A DNA stretch of 64,000 nt from Perna viridis (Eukaryota), in the NCBI GenBank assembly GCA_037379345.1, contig CM074520.1, positions 35,870,664-35,934,663 of the forward strand, given 5' to 3'. The notes beneath the pieces were generated by a model, which saw nothing but the letters and a program-made list of their open reading frames with translations, had not been told where the DNA came from and ran no database searches. Every line of letters begins with the position of its first letter. Within the stretch, counting starts at the first letter, position 1. Below, piece after piece: positions 12,908 through 27,737 of this stretch. The position numbers and the translations under genes were made by a program.

Positions 12908-15080
12908 GTTGAAGGGTTCTTGTCTATAAATTGAACTAAATGTCATACCAGATATAGTCCAAATCCATCCACTGTGACATTTATAATAACTTACTGGAAG
13001 AAGGAAGGGTTTTGAAGTATTGTGAGTGTATATCATTATTTATGCTTTCTTGTTCGCCTTACAATGTTTATGTTTTAAATGGCCTTTGTATACTAAATTT
13101 TAAATTTAAATCCCCTAATTATTGTTTCTCGGTATCTATTTTTCACTTCAGTCTTGGTCTCTTTAGATTGAATCATTGCACCAAAAATGGAAATAGTAAT
13201 TATATCAGCCATATCTTACACTTTCAAAGATTACTAGTATTACTTCATAATGGGAATTTTCTATGCAAAGTAATAATTGACTTTTTCTTTTTGAAAAAAT
13301 GGAAAATTGAATTTAAAGCAAAATTAAGAAAATATTAAACAAAACAAAAAAACGAAAATCAACAAGCAACTCGTAGCGACAAAAAATGAAGTGGAAATGT
13401 CTCATAACTCTGTCATAGAATATTTAGGGTCAAAATATTAAGCAAATTATTTTTATTAATTTTTTTCTAATTTCAAGAAAAGTTAAACAATTTTATTAAC
13501 TGTGAAAAATTCTATACTTGATTTTAGTGACTAGATATTTTCTAATATGACTTGGTAATTGCTACAGTACATAAAGACACATATTAATTTATCACTTATC
13601 CTTGAATATTGTACTTTTGGCTACACAATTTGTAAACAGGGATGGATTAATTGCAGGTGTTCAACAAAGACTCAGTTTACCCCAGTACTTATTGGGAAAT
13701 GTCAATTATACACTTTTATCACATTTGTTTGTTTACGAAAAAAATTAATCCCCTATCTAATGTGTGAACCCCTAAGAAGTGTGATTTAGCTATTTTCGGC
13801 TTAACATTAATTGCCCCTAGCAAATGAAAGGTTAAGGTAACGGATGTATTTTGTTATTTTCTTTGTCTCAATTTTGAGAAAATTTAAGGGTGACCACTGA
13901 TTGGTCAAACCTGTAAAATAGTGCAAATCTGTGAATGCCTGTTTGGCGTGGTTAGCGTCCATTCCTGATTTGGACGTCTAAACAACCAGTCATAATAAAG
14001 TATCTCATTCACAGACCTTTGCATATTTTCAGTCTGCCAAAGACCAGGTATCAGAAGCTTAGCTTCCTGCAGACCACGAAAACTGGTCACCTACACACAA
14101 GGCTAGCTCTGTAAATTCTACCATTGTGAGCTACCACCCATCAAAATACAAAAAGTACCCACACAGCAAAAATCCAGTTGGGACAACTCATGTAAAATTA
14201 GTCGAATCAAAATGGCGTTGCAATTTAAATCAACAGCATATGGTGACTAAAAATTCGATTGGTATCCGAAGAGTTGCGTCACCAAAGTCATCTTGTAGAC
14301 TAAGTGTAGCATGTACAAATTCAACAAAGTCCCATAACTCCTGTAAAATTTGTCAGATCGAAATGATGGGACAATATGATTAATTACATATGGTGTCGCA
14401 ATATGATCATTGACTAGTAGAAATGGTGACTGAGAATTCTACACAATTTGGACAAAATCCATCAAGCGGTTTCCGAGTAGGTGCGTCCACAAGTGTGACC
14501 GGATGAACGGACACCGGTATTTCTATGTTTATGGCTGGCAATAAGCAACACTGTTACAAAAACAAAACACAGAGAAATAATTGAAAAGGAGTAGGATATA
14601 TTTTGTCAAGACAGTCTTAATTCTTAATCCAGAGATCAGTGGATGTTGTCATCATATGACAACCGAGAGAGAACACATATCAAACAACACCGAAAAATCA
14701 AAATGCAGTAATAAAACATTGGTCACGAATCATCATTCTTCTTTGACTCAGTGGTACGGTATTTTGATTATGTGTTCTCATTTCCTCTAAAACAATTACA
14801 AAAAAATTGTTAAACGCATTATTTCACATTGTTCTTGTATCAAAATTGTCTGTATAATATATAGAATACAAGATGTTTGTATCACTATAGGTGCACTTAC
14901 AAGTTTTACATGTATGTACTTATAAACATTTAATACACATAACATTCCTAAACTATACGAAAGTAATTATTTTATTGATTGTGTTCTCTAATTGCCAATA
15001 CCGATACCACACTGACGTATTCAGAACCATTTCTTGATCAGTTATGAATATTAAAATAATAACTGCATTATTTTCAAGTT

Positions 15081-15471
15081 GTGTGTTTCTAGAAAAGGTG
15101 CAGAGGCTTCCTCTACCGGTGCCCCTGGTCTATGTTGTCCGGGTTGCTCATTTGCTCTTGTTCATTTGTACATGTTAGTTTGCTTATTTCGTGATCTTTG
15201 TTGTGTGTCTGTCTACCCCGGACTTGCTTTTTATGAGTAACTCGGCGGGTGTTTCTTGAAAGAAGAGGACGCTTACCCTACTGGTGCACCTGGTGCATGC
15301 TCCCAGTTTTTAGTGGAATCCGAGTTGCTCATTTGCTTTTGTTACTTTATATGTATGATTTTAGTTACTTTATGTGATTTGTTGTGTATGTCTGTTTTCC
15401 ATGTCTGGTCTTTGTCCCTGAATTATATTCTTTTGATTACCGCTAAAACTTTGGTTCCCTTAATTATTCTT
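15081..15471 (+). mobile_element. Penelope-like family A 3' end, tandem arrangement (decayed partial copy followed by an intact copy)
   Basis: Two consecutive copies of GTGTTTCT..ACCGGTGC..GTTGCTCATTTG. Confidence 0.8.
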
Positions 15472-15964
15472 TCCAAGTCTTGTCGCTATCCTTTGGTATA
15501 TATATATCTTTTAATTACTGTTCGAATCCTTCATGATTCCCTTGATTTCCCCTTCAACAATATCATAACTAACATCAAAACAATCTGCAAATGTACATTA
15601 TGTACATGTACAGGAATTACATTTCACTCAGTGCAAGATCTAACTTCCATTCGTACATATAGGCACAAACTAACTTCAAAAAGAATTACAATATAGGAAC
15701 AAATCGAGTCTCAATGTCACAACAGTTCCTTTTTAAACACATAAAGGCAGCATAGATTTGGAAGGGAAAACGAAAATGATCTATCGATAAACTTGTCTGA
15801 ACCGAACTACATTCAGACTAAAGAATTTGTTCCGTTTAGAAAGGTGTTTGGTTTGTACAGGTTTAAAATGTATTGAAGTTGATATGAAAGAACTTCACAT
15901 GGAATCTGGTTTGAGTAGGTTTTCGGTTTAGATAGGTTTCACTGTTTTATTGGTGTGAGTAAAG

Positions 15965-16080
15965 TACAGTGCAACATGTCTTAACCAAACACCTTTTTAA
16001 ATGGTTTGGTTAAGACAGGTTAATCCAGTTTGAACACGTTTTTGGATTATTTAGGGTTCGGTTTAGACAGGTTCACTGTA
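15965..16080. mobile_element. Small TACAGTG...CACTGTA MITE (Tc1/mariner-pogo-like); related remnant at ~15789-15945
   Basis: TACAGTGCAACATGTCT / AGACAGGTTCACTGTA inverted ends. Confidence 0.55.
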
Positions 16081-16265
16081 TGAACAATGATTTTAAACAG
16101 ATATTGACTGTCTTACCATATCTTGCAATGATCTTACTTTTAAGATTAAAACTCAGATGATCATAACTTACCGCCTTCAAAATATGTATCTTTAAGAGAC
16201 GAAGTGCAGTAATAAGATTTGCTAATGTCAATTAGACAAAGAAACAGATAATCAATGTTACAACT

Positions 16266-19200
16266 CTCTTTGTTAGACTTGATTATTACTAACGATATTC
16301 ATAGTCTAGTCTACTCCGGAGTTGGCCCACCGCTTATGGCTGAAAACCACTAATTCCACTTCCCATAGGCTTCTATGCTAATTTCACAATATTCAATGGC
16401 TTCTCTGGACTTTACCTTAACTTTAACCTGCAGAGGACTATATATCAGCATGATTCTACATATGTCAGCTCACAATCCTCAGAATGGCATGTGGGGTTAG
16501 CAGACTTCCAGTGCAGTACTGGTCACCGGAAGTGAAGGGTCTATAAATAGCATGGGAAATCTCAGTGTTTTCACAAGATAGGGGTATATTTAAAAATCAT
16601 TATGGAGATTAGGCTTCACATCACAAGAAGCAAAATGCACCTATAAAATGTACAGAAATGTTTTTCCTTTCAGAAACTGTTTAAATTTTTTAAATAAGAT
16701 GAGAACTTTTTTCACAGCACTATGACGAACAGGGGTAATTTCTGCGTAGGACTATTTTTGCGTACGTTCCAAATGCTCATTGGTTGAATTGGTGGTCTGT
16801 AACTTATTGACCAAATTCGATACCATTGTTCTGTAATTGGATTTATAAATTGCCCCAAAATACACTCGAAGTCATTTAAGCGCAAGGTCTGGATGTATGA
16901 CCAAGGAAATTATGAAGATTTCAATAATATTCTACGTCGAGTAGACTGGGACACTTTTTTGAGACGGAAGATATTGATTTTATAACCAATAAAATTACAA
17001 AGAGTATTATAGAAGCAGCCGACGCTGCCATTCCTAACAGAATTATCACGGTTCGCAAGAGTAGTCCGCGTTGGCTTACTAGCGATATACGGAAAAACAT
17101 TCGTAAAAAAAAAACAGAATTCATAGAAAGGCGAAAAAATTTAATCGCGACTCTGTTTGGGCAAAATTTCGAAGGATTCGTAATATTGTGAATAGTATGG
17201 CGCGATCAACAAAAGACAGCCATAATAATGAATTGATTAGTAAACTTGTTAATGAAAACCCGTCTAATACCAATTGGTGGCATACTGTTAACCAAATATC
17301 TGAGATTAAAGGGGTTGAATCTAGTTTTCCACCGCTGATAAAGGGGGTAATGCTATATTTGACGATCTCGACACGGCAAATGAGTTTAATAATTATTTTG
17401 CATCTCAAGTCAGGGTCGATGACTCCAATAAGAATCTTCCAGATTTTCCGGGGAACGCCGGGAGTATGTTTGATAGCATTATACTCAATGAAAATGAAAT
17501 TGAGGATGTGGTGTCAGTTTTAAACTCGTCGAAGGCTTCAGGTCCAGACCTTATCAGTCCAAGATTACTGAAAAAGGGTGCCACTGTTTTAAAGTATCCA
17601 TTATGCAAACTTTTTAATCCATCCCTTCGTATTGGCAACTATCCTTCTAGTTGGAAAAGAGCGAATGTTACTCCCGTCTACAAAAGTAAGGCTCCAAACG
17701 AGGTAGAAAACTATCGCCCTACATCCCTGCTTAGTGCTGTCTCTAAGTGCATGGAGCGATGTGTACATAAACATGTCCATAATTATTTACTTAGTAATAG
17801 TTTATTGACAAAACATCAGTCTGGATTTTCTAAGGGGGACTCGGCAATTAATCAACTTATAGATGTATCAAATAACTTTGGGAAAGCTTTGGATAGTGGA
17901 AAAGAAATTAGGGTAGTATTCTGTGATATCAGTAAGGCATTCGATAGAGTTTGGCACAAGGGTCTTCTCTTTAAACTTATGCATCTGGGAATTTCGGGTA
18001 AACTACTGGATTGGTTCAAAAAGCTATCTTTCAGGGAGAATCCAAAGGGTTGTTTTAAACGGTTCACACTCAGAGTGGCAACCAGTAAAAGCTGGGGTTC
18101 CTCAGGAATCAATACTTGGACCCTTGTTATTTCTTATTTTCATTAATGACATTATTACTGAAATTAATTCTGTCATTAAGCTTTTTGCGGATGATACTAC
18201 CTTATATATGGTGGTTGACAACCCAAATGAATCTGCTACTGTTCTGAACGGGGATATTGAGAAAATAAACAAATGGGCATCTACATGGTTGGTTACATTT
18301 AACCCACATAAAACAGAATCACTTGTTGTATCTAGAAAACTGAATAAACCTGATCATCCTCCACTCGTTATGGCTAATCAACAAATAAAAAATGTTTCTA
18401 GTCACAAACACCTCGGTGTCATTTTCTCCAGTGATGGTCTATGGCACAGTCATATAGATTATGTCTTTGCTAAAGCCTATAAGAGATTGAATATTTTGAA
18501 AAAATTAAAGTTTTTGCTTAATCAGTTTACACTAGAAAAAATTTATATCTCTTTTATACGCCCCATCCTAGAGTATGCGGATGTAATTTGGGATACAAAA
18601 AATTTAGGTCAGATGGATAAAGTTGAAAATATACAACTTGAAGCAGCCAGGATAGTTACAGGTGGGACCAAATTGACCTCACACCAAAATCTGTACACCG
18701 AAACTCACTGGGAAAAACTGACGGACAGACGGAAAAACCACAGACTGTTGTTATTCCATAAGATATTAAATGGGAAAACACCGCAATATCTGACAGATCT
18801 AATACCAGATACTGTTGGAGTTCTACACAACCACAACACGCGTCAGACAAACAATATTCAGGAAGTGAGAACAAGAACAAATTTTATTCAGATTATTTTC
18901 TTCCGTCTACAAAAAAAGACTGGAATACTTTGCCTTCCGAGTTACGAAATACTGAATCTGTTGCCTCCTTTAAACGTCAGTTGTCAAATCAAAATAGAAA
19001 GACCCCATCTTACTATTACTCTGGTTGTAGACTTGGTCAGATCCTACACGTCTCAGAATGCATTGCAGTTCCCTAAATGAGCATCTCTTCCTAAAACATT
19101 TATCTGATTCACCAAGATGTATTTGTGGGCACATAGAAACAGTTGAACATTTCACCTTACACTGTCGAAGATATGCTACTATAAGACAAGATATGTTTAA

Positions 19201-19707
19201 TGCTATGACAGATTGTAATATCAATGTTAGGATTGATACGAGCTTATTTATCTATGGATCTATGCAGCTATCAGATGAACAAAACTCTATGGTTTTTAAG
19301 CTTTTCAAGAAATTCATTCTGGAAAGTAAAAGGTTTAAAACATAACTTAATTGTTATTGATACTCATACATTCGTACATTTATTTACTTATTTGAAAAAA
19401 TTATAATATTTTTTTTCTCTCTTCTCTTGGAAATTTACTGATTATTCCAATATATACATTTCTTTTTGTAATTGTTTTCCTTCACTTTATTTTTTCAACT
19501 GAATTCTTTACAAGTTCTTGAACTGTGCTATATTTTATTCAATGTATTTGTCATTGAGCATGCAAAAAATGTCAATCATATCATGCTGGTTCTTATGGAG
19601 ACAGATTTATAAAAGCATAACTATGCTTGTTTCTGGATCCTATATCTATTATATTTGTATGTATGTTATCACCTTTACGACTATATGAAATAAAATATGT
19701 TTAAACT
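16266..19707 (+). mobile_element. 5'-truncated CR1-clade LINE (APE C-terminus, RT, C-terminal Zn knuckle), frameshifted
   Basis: SLLDLIITN..RYHC endonuclease end; KASGPD, YRPTSLL, FCDISKAFDRVWH, GVPQESILGP, LFADD; CICGHIETVEHFTLHC; AATAAA near the 3' end; 12-bp TSD AATGTTACAACT at 16254-16265 and 19708-19719. Confidence 0.93.
16338..16804. mobile_element. MITE nested in the CR1 LINE endonuclease region
   Basis: Flanked by direct repeat (CT)TAT; imperfect TIRs ACCACTAATTC / GAATTGGTGGT; removing it restores the frame PPL-IDQIRYHC. Confidence 0.7.
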
Positions 19708-20641
19708 AATGTTACAACTAACCACAAACATCTTTATTTAAATAGTGATACTCCTTCAACTAAAGTTGAGTCTTTCAGTGTGGTTATATCAAAGAAAAAA
19801 CGAAGACAATTCTGATTATCACGCCTTAATTTTAAATACAACGTTTATATTTTTAGAGAACAATTTGATCTTTAAAATTTGCAACATGTTACATTAAAAC
19901 TGAATTACGCAATTTGTCGATTGAATGTGTTTCTAAAAGGGGGGTATAATATCATCTAAAGATTACATTGATTGAGACTTGGATCATCACCCGGAACCAG
20001 TCAATACTGACTGTCTGGTTTATTAAGAATACAGTAAAAAGGTTTGAAATGCTAAAAGTCAATATACAGGTACAGTATATAATCGTCATTTAAAATGTTG
20101 AAATTTACCAAAACATATATGATTTTATAAGTCATATTTACAGAATAAAGTAAATAGATATAATAAGCCTATCAATTCTGAATTAGTACACCATTTCTTC
20201 CTACCAGTTGGCGTTCTTCGTATCCATGGAACTTAACAATTGAAATATTACTTGTATGCAAACCAAGTTCTTTTAATCACTATGCATGGCTTAAGCTCGT
20301 AGGTGTGAATGAATAAAGCTAACATTCCCCATAAATAACTAAAGAAATGGCTGAATTCTCGTACTGCAAGTTAACCCTGATGTTATTCTGTAACACTTCC
20401 GAAATATTCTAACAGATACAATAATTTAAATTTTTAATATTTTAATGGGATCGATTTCGTAATGAGGAAGTAACTCGTACTGGTAAGTTAACATTGTTAA
20501 ATACACTACGTTTGTGACGTATTTAACCAAATCATTCATACGAGTATTTAGCTAAACAATACGTATAAAGAGCTATCTGGGTTCCCATTGTACGCTGTGC
20601 AAATATTATGTGTTTGATGTGTAAGTTTTGAACAGTATGTT

Positions 20642-21672
20642 ATGGTGCAGGAGTTTACAACCGAAGTGTCAGCGTTTTACACAAGGAACGTTACATGTAG
20701 TAACAGTATTAACTTGACAAGTACTAATTCGTCAGGAATCACGGATTATGAATCATTAAAGACAGCGACAAAATGGATATGGATTGTAATTTCTCCCATT
20801 ATTTTCGTCTTTGGTATCGTTGGAAATTTTGGAATATTTATAGTCCTTTTTCGGATGGAAAAGTTAAAGCGAATCACTTACAAACTACTGCTAGTTCTAG
20901 CATTTTCTGACTCTGTCGTGCTTGTGACTGGACTGAGTCGAGGATGGATTCAGAATACATTTGATATCGACGTCCGTAAACTTTCCGACGTCGGGTGTAG
21001 AATTAATGTGTTCATAACATATTTTTCTATGCATTTTTCGTCCTGGACTTTAGTGTGTATTTGTTTAGAAAGATTCGTAAAAACAAAATTTCCTTTCCAA
21101 TACAACAGAACAAAATTTTCATTGATTCTCAATACCGTGTATGGTGTTTTCATTTTTCTAAGTTTAGGTATTGACTTACCATTGATTCCAATCAATGGTT
21201 TGGTGATTGAAGGGAACGAGACAATCTGTACTAACACTAAACCAGAATTCTATAGGTACGAAGAAAAAATATTTGTTTTTATTGACTTAGTTTGGCTTTC
21301 ACTGTTACCCTTCTGTCTAATGCTTATAATGAACATCTTTATTGGAGGTGTTCTTCGTAACTCAAGCCTGTTGCGAGAATCATTTATTCATAATGGGGGC
21401 AAAGGCAAGTGCTTGAGAAAAAGCAAAAGTTTAACACGAATGTTCTATGTAACCAGTTTCTACTTTTTAATAACGACGCTTCCGATACAAATACACTTCA
21501 CCGTCGATTCTTTCATACATAAGGATGACTTTACTGTTAGCCTTCTTAAATTGCTGAGAGCCGTGTTATATTTGTTCCAGTTCACAAACTATGCTGCAAA
21601 TTTCTATATCTATGCCAAAGTAAATAAGAAATTTCGAAGAACATTAATTGCGATGTTTAAAAAGCAACGATC
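20642..21672 (+). CDS. Class A (rhodopsin-like) GPCR paralog 1, 7TM exon (FMRFamide/sex-peptide-receptor/GPR139-like group)
   Basis: N-glycosylated N-terminus, GIVGN, LAFSD, CLERF, LLPF, TTLP, NYAANFYIY; the ORF stop overlaps a perfect donor TC|GTAAGT at 21673. Confidence 0.92.
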
Positions 21673-21693
21673 GTAAGTAGTTATATCTTTACT

Positions 21694-21780
21694 CAGTAGC
21701 GGATCCAGGGGAAGTATTGGCAAATTGATAGCCGGGAACTCCCCTGGAATCCTGTTCATATAATCCGGTTCCGCCACTGT
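21694..21780. mobile_element. Tiny CAGT(A/G)GCGGA MITE at the start of the GPCR1 intron
   Basis: CAGTAGCGGATCC / GGTTCCGCCACTG inverted ends. Confidence 0.6.
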
Positions 21781-22319
21781 TACTTATAATGTGCTTGGTG
21801 ACGCAATCTTACATCAAAATATCTTATAAATGTGAAAAAAACAACAACAACAAAAGAAACCGATAGATCAAAGTCAGGCACTCGCATAAAATGTAAATTA
21901 CATCTATTGATATGGCATTCTGTAAACTTTAAGGACTATTACAACGAATAATTTAAGACGGAAAATGAGTAAACTGACTTACTGGATGAAAGTTTGAAGA
22001 AAAGATTTATATTGCCCTTTTCTTTGCAATGTGTAACAAAGATTTACTTTAGGAATTGGTAAGATACATGTGTAAATTAACAGTATTTATTTATTTATTT
22101 ATTTATGTATTTAAAAATTATTTATACATATAAGGAGAATAGATATGGCGAATATTTAAGACTACGACTATTTTTATTGGATAATCAATAATGTCAAAGA
22201 GACAACAATCAAGCCGGGATGAAAAATGTCAGCTCAAGGCCAACCATTATTATGTATTTAAACCTTGAAACTTGATCTCCATGTTTTGTTTTATTATGGC
22301 TAAACTATCTTACAGCTCC

Positions 22320-22880
22320 AGATTATGTCAAGTGTCCTATTTTACTACTTATTGTCAAACCAACTTAAATGTATGCATAAAATCTAGTGTCTTAGATAAT
22401 ATCTACTGAGTAGATTGTGTAAAGTGTCCGAACTGGTCGATCTGAACAGAGCCGTTAATTAGATGTATCAAGTAGTCTGTGTTAAGTGCTCAGCCTCTTC
22501 GGTCTGAAAAAAAAGACCTGTTAAGAAGATTGCATCATGTGTCCAAACTTTCTGGCCTTAACAAAGTCCAAAATGACATACTATTATGAAGATTGTGGTA
22601 AGTGTCCCAACCTTTTGGTCTAAATAGAGTCCTCAACAACAAGTTACACTGACCGATGTCTACATGAACATACAGATAATTTTGTCAAATGTCCTAACTT
22701 TTTTGACCACAACATTAGTCTAATACTATATGTCCAGACTAACTATTGTAGGTCAATGGTGTCAGGTGTCGTAATGCTACATGTTTGATCTGATGTGGGT
22801 CCAAACTAACTATTGTAGGTATATTGCGTCAGGTGTCGTAATGCTACATGTATGGTCTGATTTGGGTCCAAACTAACCAG
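22320..22880. repeat. Degenerate ~60-bp tandem repeat
   Basis: Near-identical units CTAACTATTGTAGGT..GTCAGGTGTCGTAATGCTACATGT at 22739-22880; decayed AAGTGTCC..TGGTC units upstream. Confidence 0.55.
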
Positions 22881-24364
22881 GTCCTACAATGTATCGCTTT
22901 AATCTGTTCAAGATCCGAACTAAAATTACTTGTCAAGGTCGAGTGTACTGGTCATTTGGCATATGCAGTTAAAATGTTTTAGACCAATTTATTATGTTTA
23001 GTGTTCAATAACTTTTGGTTTTCAGACGCATTAATTACAAAGCACAGATTGGTTGTTTTCAGGTCTGTTTAAATTTTTAGTTTTACTTATATAATAATTT
23101 CCAAAAAGAAAAAGAAAATCAAAAGCTATTTTTTTTAGAAAGAAAATGATCGTAATAACCCTTAAAAATATAAACTTAGTCTGTGAAACTGCAAAATAAG
23201 TACATAGTTATTCCGTTTCTATGGAGATCGATGTCATTTTTGTGGTTTTATTTTGTTTGTTTAATATTTTGTTTATATATTCTTTAATTTGTTCGTTTTG
23301 TTTGTTTTTGTATTTATTTTCTTTCAAATTCACGGAATTTGACAAAATGGTTTATTTCATATGTCAGCTTAAAAAAATTAAAGTTAATTCAAAATTTACT
23401 GAGACAGGACCTAGCACAGACTTATTTATGACCAGTGGAATAGTTTCACAGAAAAACAAGACAGTAATTCGATTGTTCTCTAAGATTTATGGGACACCGT
23501 TTCCTGTAAACAAGACCTTCTATTTACATCTTATGCAAGTGTTTCGGGTTCGTCTTACATTTATGGACTGTTTAAACCTTTAAAGCATCTCAAATTCGTT
23601 ATTAGTCATTAATTACACGTGCGAGGCACTGACGCAATCTGATATAGGATCACATTTCATTATTTGAAATGATTTACATCTGTCATTTTAATATGTATTT
23701 CAGGTATCAAACTATAAACTTTATGTAAATTTTCATGGTAATAAGTACATGTAAGAAAATATTTGAGAAGTTGGTTCTTCATTTTATTGTAGTTTTCTAT
23801 ATCAGAGATAACCCTGTATCAGAATTTATCTTTGTCCGTATAATTAGAACTCTTACTAGACTTCCTCGTCTACTAACTCTAAATAAACCCCACATTACAA
23901 ATTAATCATTCATATATCACATAAATTGTGCATTTTATTGAAACCATAAAAGCATACAATTGTAAGAATCTGGCATATGAAGAAAAAGGCGGGAATTCAA
24001 GGCAAAAATAATCTCACTACAAAGTGAATAAAAGAGTTGCGAAAGTGATTGAATTAATTATAAATTTACAGTTTACTTGAATGGCTAAAGACTATGGAAA
24101 TTTTTTTACGCTAATTATTTCACCATAGATTCCTCTATACCTGTGCGGTTCCATAGATTTTGAAAAGGGAGGTTTCTAGAGGATTTTAGGTAAATGGGTG
24201 TCCAGGCTATCTTTCGCTCAATTTTGCTTAATTTTGCACGACATTATCAAACTTTTCAAACAAAACCGAAGAGTGTTCCAACCCCCGGACCCCTCCCAAA
24301 CCGTGATTCACTTATAAAACTAGTCAATTACATCTTTTCCCCAACCTTCCTACCCCTCCACCAC

Positions 24365-24648
24365 CAGGGGCGGATTCAGAATTTCAGATTGGGGGGGGCG
24401 GGGCGCACAGTAAAAATTTCCCGGAGTGGAGCGAGGCGAAAAAATTTTTGAGGTTAAATTTTTGAAATATTCTTCTAAAGTGGGTGCAATGCAGATATCT
24501 TTTCGGCAATGTAGATATCTTTTGTGGTAAAATTAGCAAGAAATTAAAGTTTCAACCTAAAACCGCCTAAATCTACCCCTGACAACCAATGCTATGCAAA
24601 TTTTAGGGGGGCTTACACCCGCCACGCCCCCGCCTGAATCCGCCCCTG
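24365..24648. mobile_element. MITE with CAGGGGCGGATTCAG TIRs and 5-bp TSD
   Basis: CAGGGGCGGATTCAG / CTGAATCCGCCCCTG; ACCAC at 24360-24364 and 24649-24653. Confidence 0.8.
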
Positions 24649-25620
24649 ACCACTGATGTACATCAATAATGAGACATACTAAATACATTTAAAACGGTTG
24701 GCCAAAAAGAGACCAAAAACCCCCTGCATGATTGTTAGGTAACCTGCCTTTAAATAAGGAGAGAAGTATAATCTTTTCAACACTAAATATTTAAAAGCCT
24801 TAATTTAAACTTATCAAAGCGACGCTTGTAAAGCTGTTATCACTGATGCGTTTTATTTATTGATATTCAAGGCAATAAAATATACTGCGTAATGAATAAT
24901 TAGATAAATGCAGATATTGTCGAGTAGATCAAATAGTTCTCGTCACTGCTCGGATTATAGTCAGTAGGCTCTCGACTACCCATCAATACTCAGAATTATA
25001 TATATTTATTACATGCAGAAATTTCATTTCCTTTTTGATGTATAAAATCTACCTGGTATATCAATTAATCTGTAACTAAATCTTATGTTAAAAAAGGGAT
25101 TCAGAAAATATGTTACATAGTAAATATGAAACTTAAAAAAAACATAATACAAAAAAGATTAAATTTCAACCTGATGATGATTAACAATGATGATGTTTGA
25201 CCTATATAATCCATACTTACGTTGAACAGAATTGATTAGATATTATTTAGTTAAATTTGATTAAAAAAGCAAGTCTCACTTGGCTAATGCAATTTCCAAT
25301 CGAGACTCGGTCACACTTCCTCCTTCAACGTTCAACGAAAGATGTTAGAATCCGTTTCTATACTCTTCAATTGGGACTAGGTCAAAAAAATGCTTGCAAG
25401 ACACACTCTAGCTGGAGTAAGTCATATGCAACAGTAGTGGAGGGCATATGGGGTTCGAGGGGTCCACTTTGTTTGGAAAATTTTCCAAACTTCGTTCAAT
25501 GTTTTGACAAAAAAGAGCAAATAATAACATGGATCCCTCTTTACTGGAACTATCCTATTACCCCCTGTTTAATATCTCTGGATACGATACTTTACTGCAA
25601 CTACTAGTGATCTTATTAAT

Positions 25621-25676
25621 ACTGGATTACATTCTTTTGATTACCGCTAGAACCTTGGTTCCCTTGATTACTCTTT
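25621..25676 (+). mobile_element. Penelope-like family A extreme 3' fragment
   Basis: CTGGATTACATTCTTTTGATTACCGCTAGAACCTTGGTTCCCTTGATTACTCTT. Confidence 0.8.
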
Positions 25677-27737
25677 CAAACTACTTGCGGGTTGACCGTC
25701 ATTGTGTTAAGCTGAAATCTTACATTGAACTAATTAATAGATGTGTATCGAGGCACCAATGTAGGTGTGAACCGTTTCTCAGGACGGGACTTGGATTTTA
25801 ATGTGGTCCAGAAAATCATTTTTCGCTGACTTTATTAGCCAGATTGGTTGATTGGTAACTTTTCCCAAGGCCAAAATGCAGTCCTCTTTATCTTTAGTCA
25901 GATGCTGGCCAGATATTTTTTGGACAAAAAGTGGGCCCAGAATGAACTTCATTTAAAAAGAGTTCAGCAAGAAAAATCAAATGCATGCTATATGAGAGTT
26001 TTAGACCACCTAAAGGATAATTAAATACATAGATAACAATATTATACTCTAAAACAAACAAACGAAGAATAAAATAAACAATAATTCGTAATTTATTGAC
26101 ACATCTATCTGTAGTTTTAGTTGTATTGTATATTACATCCCTTGTCGCAAAGAAAAAAATAGGTTAGGAATAAGTTCCTTACAAACGAACTTTTCAATAT
26201 GCATAACGTTTTTTTTTATCGGCTTACATTTGAAAAGTTAGCCGACAGAAACATCCCTGACACAGTCTAAATGCAACCATTAAGGCCAAGTGTGCATAAT
26301 TAAAAAAACAATACTCAGATTCCAAAAGACATAGAGAAAAATACCTAAATGTAAGATTAAAATTAACAATATTTATCCTTTGTTTCGATAGATTAATAGG
26401 AAGTAGTAAGAAAATATCGCAAAAAAATTAGGTCTTGGACCAAATCTTTATTACAGAAGTTTTGACAAAGTCTATAAACCGGAACAAAATGTCGGCATGA
26501 AGAAGAATAATGCTTTTGACAAACAATCGTCATTAGGGAAAGACTAACGTTTGAAGAGGAAACACATGTATACTAAATAAACACATTTTAAATAAATTTA
26601 GTAGATATTAAATGTATAAATATTGCATAAACTGCAACCCACATTTCTGCACTTGTCTTGTTTTGTCTTGGAAAGTTGTGCAATTGTACATTAAAGATTA
26701 TTTATTTTTCCATAGAACTTTAAGTGAGGTACTATACTTTGTGACGGAATCACATAGACGTACATGTAGTCTGTATTCTCCTAATTGTAATGTACATGGA
26801 TGGAAGTTCTTTGATATTCATCATCACCCCATCTTATACTGTCAAGCGAGAAAAATAATATCCCATGAACAGTCCGATAACGGATGTCTAATATTGCAAC
26901 TTGATCGTATATAAGGATGATAAGGATCGCGAACAACAATCGAATTTTGTTACTTCTTTAACAATTTCAGCAAAACTATAACTTATACAGATAAATCAAG
27001 GATCTCTTTCAAAATGATTATTGTTTAGGAAAGGAAATGAAGTATTATATTATTGATTTATATAAACAATTTCTCAGACAAATCATAAGAGAACAGTTCA
27101 CCCTATATGTATGTATCTGTTTAAGTTGTTTAAAAACACATTATTACAATAATAATACAACAAATTGAATACTACAAAATGCAGTAGTCGGCAAAAAAAT
27201 AGACTTTGATACTTTTAATGACAATTTTTTTAACAGAAAATTGAAGTTGTTATAATGTGTGTCTACTAACGTTAAAATAAATAGCTTTTACAATTTTTTT
27301 ATACTCTATGTACTCTGCAAATGGTGATCATTTAAACCGACATCATTGATTGCAGTTTTGCTAAATTTGTAGAAAAGGAAACGAAATTGTTACTCAGGAT
27401 TCTTAACGGCAAAGCTGCAATAATTGACGTCGGTTATCGGTCTGTGACGGGGCATTTCTCTTGCTTGACACTTATACGGGGTTAGACAGTTCACTGTGCC
27501 TAAAAGGTGATGAAACTTTTAAAAAATATCTAGAAACTAAATTAAAACGACTTAATATAAAATTGATATATGGGATTTAAGATGGACCGTTTACATGCTG
27601 ATATTAACAAACAAACAAACAAACAAAGCAAAAGTGAGCACACATCGTGTTTTGTACTTTTTATATACTGTTTTGCTCGTAGCTTATATTTAGTATGTTT
27701 TAGGGGCTTGATTTTCTTTTCAATTTTGCCATTCCAG

